From the NCBI GenBank assembly GCA_964016885.1, contig OZ024743.1:16802001-16866000 (forward strand): a DNA stretch of 64,000 nucleotides, read 5' to 3'. The translations under genes and the position numbers were made by a program. Positions 50,526-63,398 of this stretch are shown in pieces; position 1 is the first letter of the stretch, and the number at the start of each line of letters is the position of its first letter. Source of the stretch: Eledone cirrhosa (taxonomy: Eukaryota). The notes beneath the pieces were generated by a model. It was given only the letters and a program-made list of their open reading frames with translations, was not told where the DNA came from and made no database searches.

Positions 50526-53500
50526 TTACAGATATATACACAGAGTAGGCCCATTCACTCGGGCCATTCTTGCTTCTCTCACCCATCTTTCAACAAAATG
50601 CTGGGAAGAGAGCACTTCCCTCTCTACTCTGATTTTCCTTTTCAAATGAAATTTGAAAAAGTCAATCAGAGCATCACCGAAGAGGTAAGTGCTCGTCTTC
50701 AGCCCTTTCAAACGTGTCCACCATACTATCTCTTTCACCATGGCCACCAGGCAGATAAAAACTGCCTGCCCTTCCCGGCTAAAGGAGGAGGGCGGGGCAA
50801 TCCTCACGATGGACTCAGATGATAGCCGGATCCGTCCTAAACGCGACAGCAGGTGTTCGACATAAACCCACAAGTCAGCAATTTTCGGACACTGGACGAG
50901 TGCGTGCAGGACGGTTTCGTCGCCCTGCGCGCATCTCGGACATGCCCGGCTGACGGCACCTCCATGCCTGTAGAGTTTATCCGGAACTGGCAAGGCTCCT
51001 CGGTAGCACTGCCAGGCCAGAGATTTCTGGAAGTTGTCCATAGGCCCTGGCCCGAAAGTTCTTCCGAAGAGATTGGCTAGTTGATTTTCGTCGACGCCTA
51101 GAGTTTCCCCAAGTACGTCGTCGCTCTTCCCCTCCACTAATCCTCTATAGAACGCCGAGGTGGAGTTTCCACCGATCACATTGCCCGATTGGTCGAGGGC
51201 TGTGAGCGCCTGAAGACATTCCAGTCTCCAGGCGCTCCCTCTCGGTCTTCGCTTGACCCAGGACTGCAGCTCCGTCAAGGAAACGAGCTGGGGAAAAACG
51301 CGTCTAGCAAACGGCGACCACACCTGATCACCGTCGAGGAAGAGGTAGAGATGTCGTAGCCTGAGCGCGTGCCTGCGCATCATCAGCCACGGCATGCCCA
51401 GCCCTCCACGTAGCGGGTGTTGACAACAGATGGACCGCCTGACCATCGAAGCACGTCCCTTCCACAAAAAGCGAAAGAGCAAACGCTCCAGCGCAGTCAG
51501 GCGAGGCTTAGGACAAGGTACGACGGTTAGGCGGTAGCAGATGACAGACGCGATGTACGCGTTAGCCACCTCCGCTCGACCTTTCAGGGATAGCTTCCTC
51601 TCCGCCCATTTCTGGGTGAGAGAAGCCACCCTGCTCGTCACCTCGTCCCAGTTTTTGTCCGTCTGGAGGTCCGGACCGAACCAGACCCCTAGCAGTTTAA
51701 CCGGTCCGTCCGTCCAGCGCCCGACGACGCTGTTGGACGGCATGGACCTGCCTCTCCAGGTGCCGAGCTGCAGGCCCACTGACTTTTCCTGGTTGATCAT
51801 TGCTCCTGTCACCGCTTCGTATTCTCTTAGTGTAGTGCCGATCGCCTCGATGTGTTTGGCGTTCGACACCACTACGGTGACATCGTCCGCATATGCTGAC
51901 ACGGATCTTCCGCATCCTAGTTCGCGCGGGACTCCCCTCAACGTCTCCAGTTTGTGCAGTAATGGCTCGAGCGTCAATACGTACAAGAGGGACGAGAGGG
52001 GACATCCTTGGCGGACCGAGCGCATGATGTTGAACGGTTCCGACAGGTGACCGTTCACTCTCACCACAGAGCAGATGTCGCTGTGCATGGCAGCGATCCA
52101 GCCTCTGAAGACGGGCCCAAAGCCAGCCGCCCTCAGGACTGCCGCTAGGTAACGATGGTCGACCCTATCGAAAGCTTTCGACTGATCTAAATTGATCAAG
52201 GACCCACCCGTGCCAGGTTCCCTAGCTACCCTCTCTACGATGTATCGCATGAGGTGGAGGTTGTCGTGGATGGATCTGTCGGGAATGGCGCATGTCTGCG
52301 CCTCTCCCACCAGACCACCAACGACAAGCGCCAACCTCTTTGCTAGCACCTTGGCCAAAATCTTAAACTCTGTGTTTAGCAGAGTTATGGGCCGGAAATT
52401 GTCTATGTTATCCCCCTTGTTCGGATCCTTTCTCAGCAGTGCCACCGCTCCTCGGCTCACAGAACTGGGAATTCTCCCGTTGTGTTGCCAGTTGCAGTAG
52501 ACGTCCGCCAAGAGGCCTCCGAACAAGTCTGGCATCTGTACGTAAAGTTCATAGGGCAGACAATCCAAACCAGGCGATTTACCCCTTGTGCAGCCAGTCA
52601 TTGCCTCCCTTACTTCAGCGGCTGTTATCGGCTTTTCGCAACACTTCGCCTCAGTGGCCGAGAGCCGCGGCAGTCCGTCGAGGTAGACACTAAAGTCCAT
52701 CCCTCTACCCGGCCCCCCGCTGCCCCCGAACAGCTGAGCGAAGTGTCGCTGAAAAGCTTCACACATTTGCCCGGGATCGAGTAGCATGCGCCCGTCGTGG
52801 TCCACCAAAGACCGGATCGTGGCTTTGTTGCCACGACGCGCCTCCGCCACTCGGGCCCATTGAACGGCTTTCGTCCCCTCGTGTCTGAGAGCACGCACCC
52901 TAGCTCTGACAACGCAGCCTTCGTGCTTTGCATTGAAGAATTGGTCAAGGGCCAATTTCGCCGCAAGCACGTCGGTCGCAATGCCTTTGCTAAGCGCCTC
53001 GTCTAATTTTCTAACTAGTTCTCCCTCTGCTCTATTTTTCTCTATTGCTAAAGCCTTACTAAACCTAATCGATTCTATTCTAATCGCTCTTTTCAGAGCA
53101 AACCACCACTTGTTGTTGACGATGGCCCCCGTCAACGCCCGCTTAACTAGTTCGCTAATCCGGTCTCTGTAGGCCTTGCGCGCTGGTAAGGACGCGTTTA
53201 GCTTCCAGTAGCCGGGTCCTCGTCTATGAAGCCTATCTAGGTCAAGCACACAGATCACGAATTTGTGGTCCGTGTAGCTGACTATCTTGAATTGTGGACA
53301 GCCTATGCTAGACCTATCTATTTCCCTACAAAATACTCTATCTAGATATGATCTGGATGACCCTATGCGGTTTGTCCAAGTCTACATTGGCACATTCGGG
53401 AAATCCAATCGGTACCTGTCAGACAGTTCAAAACGCCTGAGCAGGTTGGTGAGGCTCTTGCACCCTCCACCCCTATCCGCTAATCCCACACAGTCCCAGC

Positions 53501-53945
53501 GTGCATCTAAGATCCCGTTCCAGTCGCCCACTAACACTAAAGAGCGGGACGTTCCAAGAAAGGTCTCCAGACGCCGGAAGAAATCAGGCCGCCCTGCTCC
53601 TGTCGGGGCATAGACGGCCACTAGCCTGAAAACTTGCCCGTCTCCGCTGGTCACGTCCAGCACCACCAGCTTACCCTCTGGGTCCAGGAAGATGGCCCGT
53701 ATGGCGAGATCCAAACCTCTCCGAAAAAGCACAGCAACTCCTCCACCCGATCCAGGACGGCTGGGAGATGCGTACACATCGTAGCCGCCGAAGATCGGTA
53801 CGAAGGCCCGTGCTTCGGAGATTCTGGTCTCGCTGATGGCCACTACATCTATGTTTAGTGACCTGAGGTCGTTGAGCAGGTGACCCTGCTTCCATGACGA
53901 CCCCAAGCCACGCGCATTTATGCTGCCTATTCTGAGTGAGGTCAT
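50526..53945 (-). pseudogene. ORF2 of copy C with one premature stop (TGG>TAG at 53382-53384)
   Basis: ORFs 53382-53945 and 50526-53258 are in frame and match copy B. Confidence 0.92.
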
Positions 53946-53980
53946 GTTTAAAATAGAGTGGAAAAGATGGGAAAGACCAC

Positions 53981-56088
53981 TTACCGTACTTTTGGTAGAG
54001 GAGGGATGGTTTTTACATCCCTTTTCACTTGATCGTCTGGTGAAGGGACCGTTGAATCGTCCCTTCGGCTGGTCGTCGGCTCTTCTAAGAGAATGTCTGA
54101 GTATACTCTTCGATTGATGGTTCCTCCTAGGTCCCTGAAATCACCAACTGCGTTGGGGAATTTCGTTTTAATGTTTGTGTATTGTTTCTGTGCTATTTTT
54201 AGCAGTCTTATGTTAGTTGGCGTTTTGATTGGTGCTGGTATTATGTAGTCCTGTTGTGAAATGTCTGTGTGTTCAATTATGTAAGTCATTAGTTTCTTGT
54301 TGTGTGTATTTATTGCCGTGCATTTGTTTTTCTGGGGGTGGGGTGTGGTTCTGCTATTTTTCTTGTCGTTGTTGCTGGGTGTGTGTGTTTTGTTGTTGTG
54401 TTTGCGATGTTGGTGCTTGTGGTGGTGGTGTTGAAGGTGTTGTTGGCGGTGGGGTTGTCGCCGGTGGTGATGGTGGCGCTAGTGTGTGTGGTGATGGTGT
54501 TGGTGTTGTTGCTGCTGTGGGTCTCTTTGCAGTAGACTTTACCCTTTTCTCATTTCTTTCCTCCCTTTTCAAAGGCGACGATGCGCTGCTTCTGCGTTTG
54601 TGCCTTCTTACGACCTTTTGCCATCTCTCTCCCACCTCACACTCCATGTCTGATTCTGTGAGGTCGGGGAGGGGTACCAGCTCCACTCTTTCACTTGTTG
54701 TTGTTGATGATGTTTGCACTGGAGTCTCTATTGCAGCTGCATTTGGTATTGCTGTTGTTGTTGTTAGTATTTCCACTGCTGCTGCTGTTTTTGATTTCCG
54801 TGGAGTGGGTATGGGTGCCACGGGCCTATCGTTCCTGGTTGCCGCTTGTCCTGTTGCTGGTAGCCGTGGAGCCGGATTCGGAAGGAGGGGGGTTTTCTCC
54901 TTTCTCAGGGTCTTCTCGTTGCAGAAGGCCCTGAGGTGAGTCTTCGATCCACAGCGAAAGCATTTCGGGCGTTTGCCCTCAACACTTATGGGCAGTTGAG
55001 TGCCGTTATCGAAGTCTATCACATCCGGGATAGCTTCGATGCACTCCTGGTTGGTTTGGATTAGCATCTCAATGGAGGAGCCGACCCAATCTTCTCTTAC
55101 TTTTTTCTGTACTTGCAGTACAGTTGTTTTGTCCTCGATTCCGACGAGGACAGACGCGGCCAGCCAAGAAGGGGTCATTCCGGGGGGGGGGGGGGGGGAC
55201 GTGGGTCAGTTTGACCCTCACAATTTTTTGCCCACAGTAGGAGGGCACCAACACCATTTCCTCGCTCCTTAGGGTCACTACTGATTGGGCCTTTGGCTCC
55301 TGGGGTGTGGCAAAAAGTACGTCTACGGTGGCATATTTTTTGCCTCGGGTGATGTGCGTTTTCCGCTGCCACACAGACCCCAAGGCTTTTTGTATTTGGG
55401 CCTCTGTGGCTCTTTCCACCCTACGGGATTTTGTACTTACTGTACGGTACGTGACCGTACAGTGCTCTTGGGTTTCGAAAAATTTTTCCGCTGTCTTGCA
55501 GATTGCTCGGTGTCCGTTCTGTGTCACCATCTTCTTCGCTTCCTCTAATTCCTCATTTGTTATGAGGATTGTTTCCAAGTTTTTCGCAATACCTGCAAAT
55601 GAGATTGTTTTTTCTCTGCTGTTGTTGTTGTCGTCAGAGCTGCTGGTACTTTTGTTGTTGCTGCAGGTACTACGACTACTGCCTCCGCCGCTGTTGCTGT
55701 GGTTGTTGTTGGTGTTGCTGCTGCTAATGCTGTTGTTGTTTATGCTGCTGGTGATGCTGTTGCGGCTGCTACTGTTGTTTTCATTGTCACTGTTGCTGTT
55801 GTTATTACGGCTGCTACTGCTATTATTCCTGACGTCAGACGAATGAACTGGGTTTTCGTATTTCCCGCACACCTGTTTCGTCGCTGTCGTCGTCGTCGTG
55901 GAGAAACCTTGCACGCTTTGCACGAGACTTTTCTTTTCTTTCGTCACTTGCGAAAGAGAAGGGAGGGAGAGAGACACATTTAAAGAAGGGAGGGAGAGAG
56001 ACAATCTTCTCTCTGCTGTAGTGATGATTGAGGAAGAAGAAGACGGAATGAGTGGGAGTGACGTATGAAATTTCTTTTTCGTAGCCAT
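53981..56088 (-). pseudogene. ORF1 of copy C with two homopolymer frameshifts
   Basis: C17 run at 55182-55198 and an extra A at about 54356-54361 split the ORF. Confidence 0.85.
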
Positions 56089-56302
56089 GTTGTTTTTTGT
56101 TTAAAATGAATATTGGGTACAAAACCCCAATAACTGGTTATTTAACCCCGAAGGGCCAAATAACGGACAGAAAGACCCCTCTCACGAGGAGGAGGGTGTC
56201 TTTATCAACAATTTGGTTCAAGTTTTAAACAATTTACAATTGTTTTAACGGTTAAAAATTACTATACCTTACAGAGCCGAGCCTCCGTCAACCATGGCAT
56301 TC

Positions 56303-56365
<63 letters not shown>

Positions 56366-56378
56366 AAGAAGAAGAAGA
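56303..56378. repeat. (AAT)n(GAA)n compound microsatellite, right boundary of the cluster
   Basis: Directly visible. Confidence 0.97.
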
Positions 56379-57829
56379 GATATATAGAGTATATCGTCAT
56401 TTCGCCTTCTTCTTGTCGAAACATCTATTTTACTAAGTAGAATGTTTTATTTCTTATTTGAATAAATCAAATGTTAAACATCAATAATAGTTCTGCATAT
56501 ATATGTGTATTGATTGCTTAATAGTTTAATACGAGAATTTATTGTCACCCTATTACTCGTTTCACTTTACGTAAGTATATTTTGGTTCATTGAATCAGTA
56601 GATAATCTATAACAGTTATATTCTTTAAGTATAGATAACGTTGATACAGAAATCATTATCACATTGCCAAAACTGGTACACAAAATTTAAGAACGCTATA
56701 AGCACCAATGATACCTAATAATTGAATAGAATTGGTGAAAATGTTTATTAACGTTTCCTCATCTTTTTCGATTGTTTTAAAATTTCCTTTTCTGAAATGT
56801 AACTTATGGTACTATTATGGTACTATGGTACTATTTCAGTGACCTTCAGGATTGAAGATTATAGCGTAAATATAAGTACCGCTGGAATCCCTCCACAGAT
56901 CAATATCTAGTGAATTTTTGCCTTTGTTTTCCATGAGGTCAGCGACACATTTTTCAGTTCACTTTTAGAGGACTAAAAAATGATATTGATTTGTGATCAG
57001 CGTGGAAGTACACCTCAACATCAAAGCAGAAAATATGGAGAAAATCTCTGTCCTTATACGCTTGATTGATAGCGAATAACTCCACATTATGCTGGACTGA
57101 ATTGGCAGATGAGCCACTTGCGAATTTTCAGCCCTCAACACAATTTCACTATACTACTGCCGACGCCAGAGCTCAAAAGCAACAACAACATCATCGACAA
57201 TAACAACTATAACAAATGTTGCACCTACGACACCAGCAGCCGGAGCAACGACGGCAAAATCAAGAACAATATCACCAGCAGCAGCAGCTGAAATACCTCC
57301 AACAACGGAATCTAACTAATCAAGCCACTGGGTCTGCAAAGGAATCCCTCCCCCATCCTCTTTTTATCCTATTCTCTCTCCACACTCTTTAAAATCACAC
57401 ACCCTCTACACACAAATGCACAAACATACTTGCACCGCCACCGTTATCAGAGTGATGCACCTCCATTTCTCCCTCTAAAGAAGTGGAAACACACACATTT
57501 AAAAGCTAAAGCAAGACATACACACGCAAATAGTTAGAATAACTCTCCCTGACCGATACAATCCTCCCTCTCCAGAAAACCTAAAACACACACCAACGGC
57601 AGACACAAACATCAGAAATCACATTTCTTTCATAGTAACCATTGAAATTTAAGTAAAATTAATACACCCTTCAACTATATGCTGGATATTCTCAGCATGC
57701 TCTCCACACAATCTATACCTGTTAGGCACCTCTATTCTATAAATATCTCTTTTGGTTCAATTCTATTACCAGGTATGTTCTTTAACAATGATCATTAGTC
57801 TTTCTCTCTCTCTCTCACTTCAATTCCAC

Positions 57830-58850
57830 TTACTCAGCCAGTAGGTGTTTAGATCTTGAAGTAGGTGATTAGTTGTTGTAATGTGATATTGAACACTTTT
57901 GTCTAATATTACTCTTAAGCACAGTATAATTTGTTATCTTTATCAATATGTGTATGGTGATTATATTATTCTTTGGATTATTTCTTCCATAATCTGACAA
58001 ATTTTATTTTATTTCTGTGCATCCCTACTATATCAGTACTGTTTTCCTCAGTTCGAAGTGCCGTTTCTGTAGTGAATTTTTAGATTATTTAGATTAGTCT
58101 CTGCCAACACGGACACGTTCTTAGACATGCTGGTACAACATATTGCTGACTTATTATTAATGTTTTATCCATTGAATATGTATGCAACCCTGTTCATGTT
58201 AGCATAGACGCATGCTTTGAATTAACTCTGTTGCACACAACCAATATGTGGATGACTGCATTAACTCCACACAGACTGCATTTCACATTTTCTGAAATAT
58301 GTAGATTGTTCTTCTTTTCGTATCTTTGAAGCATGTGGTTATAGGACAGTTCCCATTTCTTTATACAGCCCTTTGCATTATTATTAAATTCTGCGAGATA
58401 TTTTAAGCTGCACTGGTTGGGGAGTATAGGGCAAACAAGGCAGTCTGTATCGTATGGACCTCCTCTCCGCATTCACAGATGGTTGGGCCGGTCTTGTAGC
58501 CCCATCTGAGATAGGGTAGATGATGTAGTAAGAGACAATCTTTAATTCGGATGTTTATTTTTTAAATTGCACATGTAGTGCCTTTCCAGATAGTGCTTCT
58601 ATTTTCTCCGTTAACATGTCTCTAAATATCGTATTTACTAGGTATATTTCGCTTTACATGGCCCATTACTGCCGATATATACTGTAAAGGATCTATTTAC
58701 TTCACTGTACATCATCTTGTAAGCGATGGTTCGCTAAACATTAGCGCTATATTGTATAACATTTAGCAGTCGTCTTCTTGTAACTGGGCTTTCATGTGCA
58801 GCCAATTTTCACTTGATGCTTTTACAAGTTTCGTCGGGTTATTGTTGTCA
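57830..58850 (-). pseudogene. Highly decayed R4/Dong-like 3' fragment with a nested LINE 3' fragment
   Basis: - strand remnants SGKALHVQF, VKCSLCG..VIHILVVC, FTTET..RTEENSTDIV. The insert at about 58340-58520 reads WGY..TICECGEE..CPILPNQCSL..FN..AKGCIKKW across frameshifts. Confidence 0.4.
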
Positions 58851-59320
58851 GATATTTCCACTCATTCTGTTGTATCAATTGTGAGTGTGTACATGCATAT
58901 ATGAATGTGTGTAGGCATGTGGGTCAGTGTGTTGAGAATCAGGAACATATGTGTCTCAGCAAATGTATGTGTAGGTACATAGAACATTCTTCTTTATTTT
59001 TATAAGTTTGTGGTTGCCATTACTACAAGAATGTATTGAGGTAAGAAAAATGACCAAATATATCGGGTGTGAATAAGAGTGGCCTCTGCGGAAATACCGT
59101 CTGCAGGTATTTCTATAGGTTTAAGGATTATAAAATTCACGGTTATGTGCGCGTAACAGGTAATTTGCAGACGTTAGATGGAAGCAATCTTACACTATTA
59201 ATAAATCCAATTTGAATCCTACCATGTATGGATTACTACTCTGATTCTCGCTTGTCTCAGTCTTCACCCCACCGACACCTCCGGCTCTCTTCCCCCTCTC
59301 TCTATTTCTGTCTATTTCTG

Positions 59321-59399
<79 letters not shown>

Positions 59400-59409
59400 A
59401 TGTATATAT

Positions 59410-60330
59410 TTAGGACAACATTTCACAGTTAAACACAACTTTACATGTTCATCTGAAAACCTAATCTATGTCTTGACCTGCTCAGGTTGTCAAGAGCACT
59501 ATATAGGACAGCCAAAAAACAGACTCCATCAACGTATGACCGTCCATAAATCACAAATTAAAATACAGGAATACAGAAAGATTGTATGTAGTTAACATAT
59601 CGCCAAATGTGCACACAACCAACGTCTAAACTTTCAAATGTTCCCCATTTACAAATTCATAGACAACGCTATTTTCACCCATCGTACCAATAAGGAAACA
59701 TAGTTCATTAACAAATTCCAACCCCTACTTAATGCACTAAACTTCGGACCAAACTAAAGCTGGAACAAACCATCAAACATTTACAAGAGTTACCTCCCTC
59801 ACACCGTACCTAATCCTTTTTCTTAAATAAAATAAATATCATCCAGCATGAATTGCCTCCCCCTGCATATTAATTCTCTAAAAAGAGAAATCATATCAAA
59901 CCCCAGTCCACCATTTGACTCCATCATGGAATCATGGATCAACTAAGCACCCTTGCTATATTAACACATTTTGATCTGCTTAACTTCAAGAACTATGCGT
60001 GTAAATAACATTATTTTTTCTTTCACATTGAATTTTAATGCCCTACTTTACGCTCCTTTTTTTCTTTTTTCTTTTTTTTCTTTTCACTTCATAAACCTTC
60101 TTTGTAAATAACATTATTTTTTCTGCACCATTTCTTTAACATGTGCAACACCACCATTCTACACCAATACATACCACTATCATTTGATAATGCATAAAAA
60201 TGCTGAAACCGGTAATAGACAATTATTAAATATACAAATAGATACATAAATGCCATTGTTAATTAATAAATAAATCAACTAGTACCTTAACACTTCACAC
60301 AAAGTAAAACATTTCGTTTTAATCATTTTC
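59410..60330 (+). mobile_element. 5'-truncated Penelope-like fragment (GIY-YIG plus pLTR)
   Basis: NFTCSSENLIYVLTCSGCQEHYIGQ..LHQRMTVH..FINKFQPLLN. Degenerate hammerhead CTAT..TTGATAA-TGCAT aaaa ATGC-T-GAAA-CCGG-TA-ATAG at about 60176-60218. Confidence 0.85.
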
Positions 60331-60477
60331 TAACCCAGAAAAGAGAGAGAGAGAGATAAAAAAGGAAAAAAAAAATATTTTTCTTCCCAATAGACGTCTC
60401 TTTCTCCCAGTTTTCATATATATTTATATCTTAACTCGTGTGCTTCCTCTCCATATTTTATTATTTATATATATATA

Positions 60478-60659
60478 GCGGTGGATTGGCAGTATCGGTA
60501 GAGGGTCGGACGCCATGCTTTCCAGCATAGTTACGTCCCTTTACCATCTGAGTTCAAATCCCGCCGAGGTTGACTTTGCCTTTCATCCTTACGGGGTCGA
60601 TAAAATAAAGTACCAGTAATGCACTGGTAATTGCTGGCCTTGTGCCTAAAGTAGAAACA
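60478..60659 (+). mobile_element. tRNA-derived SINE, copy 3
   Basis: Same family. Target duplication ATTATTTATATATATATA at 60460-60477 and 60660-60677. Confidence 0.92.
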
Positions 60660-60660
60660 A

Positions 60661-60710
<50 letters not shown>

Positions 60711-60713
<3 letters not shown>

Positions 60714-60908
60714 AACTAGGAGGACCCCGACGGCTCAGCTCAAGCCGTTCCGACGGCTAATTCTGGACTCCAGTCCAGAATTAGCCGTCGAAACGGCTTG
60801 AGCTCAGCCGTCGGGGTCCTACTCGTTCCTATTACCCACTCTACTACCCTAAGTATTGAGTACTTTGGTGCGTTATGGTCCACCTGGTTCCTTACCACAT
60901 TTCCTTCG

Positions 60909-60911
<3 letters not shown>
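60711..60911 (+). mobile_element. 'TTCTGGAC' family pLTR remnant with fold-back, embedded in (TA)n
   Basis: 60711-60768 is the reverse complement of 60773-60831 (loop TCCA). GAAA(60790)-CGGCT tgagctc AGCCG-TC-GGGGTC. Confidence 0.85.
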
Positions 60912-60949
<38 letters not shown>

Positions 60950-61686
60950 GCTTCTTTTCTTTCATCTAATATTTCTCCATCTAGTTAAGTGGGACATAAA
61001 ATTCATCGTCACTATTGAGTATTATCTTTATTATTGCTATTAACTAAAATATCCGTTCCATCTTACTTGTATTTATTATTTATGGGTTATGTAAGTTATA
61101 TGTGATACGAACATATATGGAATTCTGTCATCAAATGTTTCATATATATAATGTAAATAAGATAAATCAAAGATTTAATCTCCCTCCCATCATGAGAAAT
61201 ACATAAAAAATAGTTTATCTTTCTCTTATTGTTATCGGTCTTCTTTCTGATCTCTGATTACTGCGTTTATACATTTCCCTGGCTCAACTTGTCATCTCAT
61301 TCCGCCACTTTTTCCATCACCTTCCTTATTATTGCGGGATTTCTAATTATTGTTATAGTTCCTCAGTTAGCTTATGTATATGGTGCAAGTGTGTATGACT
61401 ATTTGTCTTTACAATGTTATGCTAGTTGATATATTAACTCATTCATAATACGTTGTTCCACCAAATACTAGAGCCACATATAAACTTTAAATAGATGGTT
61501 GATTAATATAATCGATATTATATTTTTTATTCATTCATATACATATAGTTTCAAATATGTGATTAAAAGTATTTGTTAGAATAGTGAAACAATTTTAATA
61601 ATGAATAACATTAATTGGGATTATTTGCCTACAGCCGCATGCTCAGACTAGACCCTTTCACACGGGCCATTCTCGTCCCATTCACA

Positions 61687-63378
61687 CCCTCTTGTTCCCC
61701 TTATATGTACTGGCCCTCTAGCCGTTACTGCACAAATATGAGACGATGAGGGGGTGCCACGCGAACTGGGATGCGGGAGATCCGTGTCAGCTTACGCCGA
61801 CGACGTCAACGTGGTAGTGTCAAGCAGCAAACACGTCCAGATGTTCAGCACCGCTCTCAAGGAATACGAAGCGGTGACAGGAGCAAAGATAAACCAGGAA
61901 AGTTGGTGTGCTTGCAACACGGCACTTGGAGAGGCAAGACCATGCTGTTCGACAGCGTCGTGGGGCGCTGGACGGAAGGACAGGTTAAATTGGTCGGTGT
62001 CTGGTACGGTCCGGATCTCCAGATGGAGAAAAACTGGAGCGAGGTGACGAGCAGGCTGGCCTCTCTAACCCAGATATGGGCCGAGGAGAGGCTGTCTCCG
62101 AAAGGACGGGCGGAAGTGGCGAATCTGTACATAGCGTCCGTCATCTGCTACCGCCTAACTCTCGTACCTCGCCCCCGCCAAACTCTGACCAAAATGGAGC
62201 ACCATCTCTTCCACTGTTTGTGGAAGCGACGTGCTCCCATGGTCAGAAGATCCATTTGCTGTCAACACGCGTTGCGTGGAGACTAGGCCTATCGTGGCTG
62301 ATTATGCGCAATCATCCGGTGAGGTTGCGACATCTCTGGTGCATCCTTGACGGTGAACAGGTGTGGTCGCCGTTTGCCAGACGCGCTTTTCCCTAGGTCG
62401 TCTCCTTGACGGAGCTGCAGTCCTGGATCAGGTAAAGACCGAGGGATAGCGCTTGGAAGCTGGGATATCACCAAGTGGTCACCGCCCTCTACCAGCTGGA
62501 CACTAATATCGGTGGAACATCCACCTCGGCGTTCTATAGAAGGCTAGTGGAGGGAAAGAGCAACGATGTTCTCGGGGAGACCCTGGGCATCGAGACGCTC
62601 AGCTGTTCCCTCTCTTCAAGAGAACTCTCAGACCGGGGCCTATGGACAACTTCCAGGTTCCCTGGCCTGGTAGTGCCACCGGGAAGCGTTGCCTGTTTAG
62701 TATAAGCTCTACAGGCACCGAGGTGCTGTCAGCCGAGCCTGGCCGAGATGCGCGCACAGCGACGAAACCGTCCTGCACGCACTCGTTCAGTGCCCGAGGA
62801 TAGCTGACTTGTGGTCTATGTCTAATGGCTGCTGTCGCGTGTAGGACGGATCCGGTTATCGACTGAGTCCATTGTGCAGATAGCCCCGCCATTCTCCTTT
62901 AAAGATGAGGAAGGGCAGGTAGTTTTCATCTGCCTGGTGGCCATGGCGAAATAGATTGTGTGGTGGGCAAGGTTGAAAGGGTTGAAGACGGACACTTTCC
63001 TCTGCGGACAATCCCTGATTAACTTTTTCAAGTCTCACTTGAAGAAGAAAATCAGGGTGGAGAAGCAGGTGTTGAAAGGTGGGTGAAAGTGGCGAGTCTG
63101 CCTGCCATGAGTATATGCTTGTAGACTGAGGAGTGGGAACACTGAGAGAGGGCGCTTACCCTGGTGGTCAGGATGGACGTTGTCTTTTGTGTGGTTTATG
63201 CCACGAGTAACCCACGTAGGTTTCCCCCTTTTGGGGATTTTTTGTTGTTTGAAATTTTATTTCTATCCCGATTTCAATCTTGTTATAACGACGAAAAACC
63301 ACTTTATAACGGCCTGTACTGTTCTGTGCCCCCTCTAATGTTTTTCTTCATGTTAACCCTTGTGGCCAATAAAGAAAA
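61687..63378 (+). mobile_element. Older, diverged L1/Tx1-clade relative, 5'-truncated within RT
   Basis: PRELGCGRSVSAYADD, GVWYGPDLQ, PMVRRSICCQH match ORF2 of copy B, with many stops. Ends AATAAAGAAAAT(ATT)n. Confidence 0.9.
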
Positions 63379-63398
63379 TATTATTATTATTATTATAG

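Larger units (their letters stand above)
50265..56302 (-). mobile_element. Full-length L1/Tx1-clade element, copy C
   Basis: Tandem with and highly similar to copy B. Same termini in (AAT)n. Confidence 0.95.

Noticed and set aside
24475-55983. Antisense and alternate-frame ORFs recurring in each retroelement copy
   Set aside because: They recur only because the parent elements are duplicated. They are shadows of GC-rich or low-complexity coding sequence.
44202-56302. Copies B and C as a pure assembly duplication
   Set aside because: They differ by many substitutions, a nonsense codon and 3' UTR indels, so they look like distinct copies. Haplotype stacking cannot be fully excluded without reads.
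23046-56337. CRISPR-like or telomeric interpretation of the repeat-spacer pattern
   Set aside because: The repeats are variable-length AAT microsatellites, the spacers are retrotransposons, there are no cas genes or TTAGGG-type repeats, and ordinary DNA flanks both sides.
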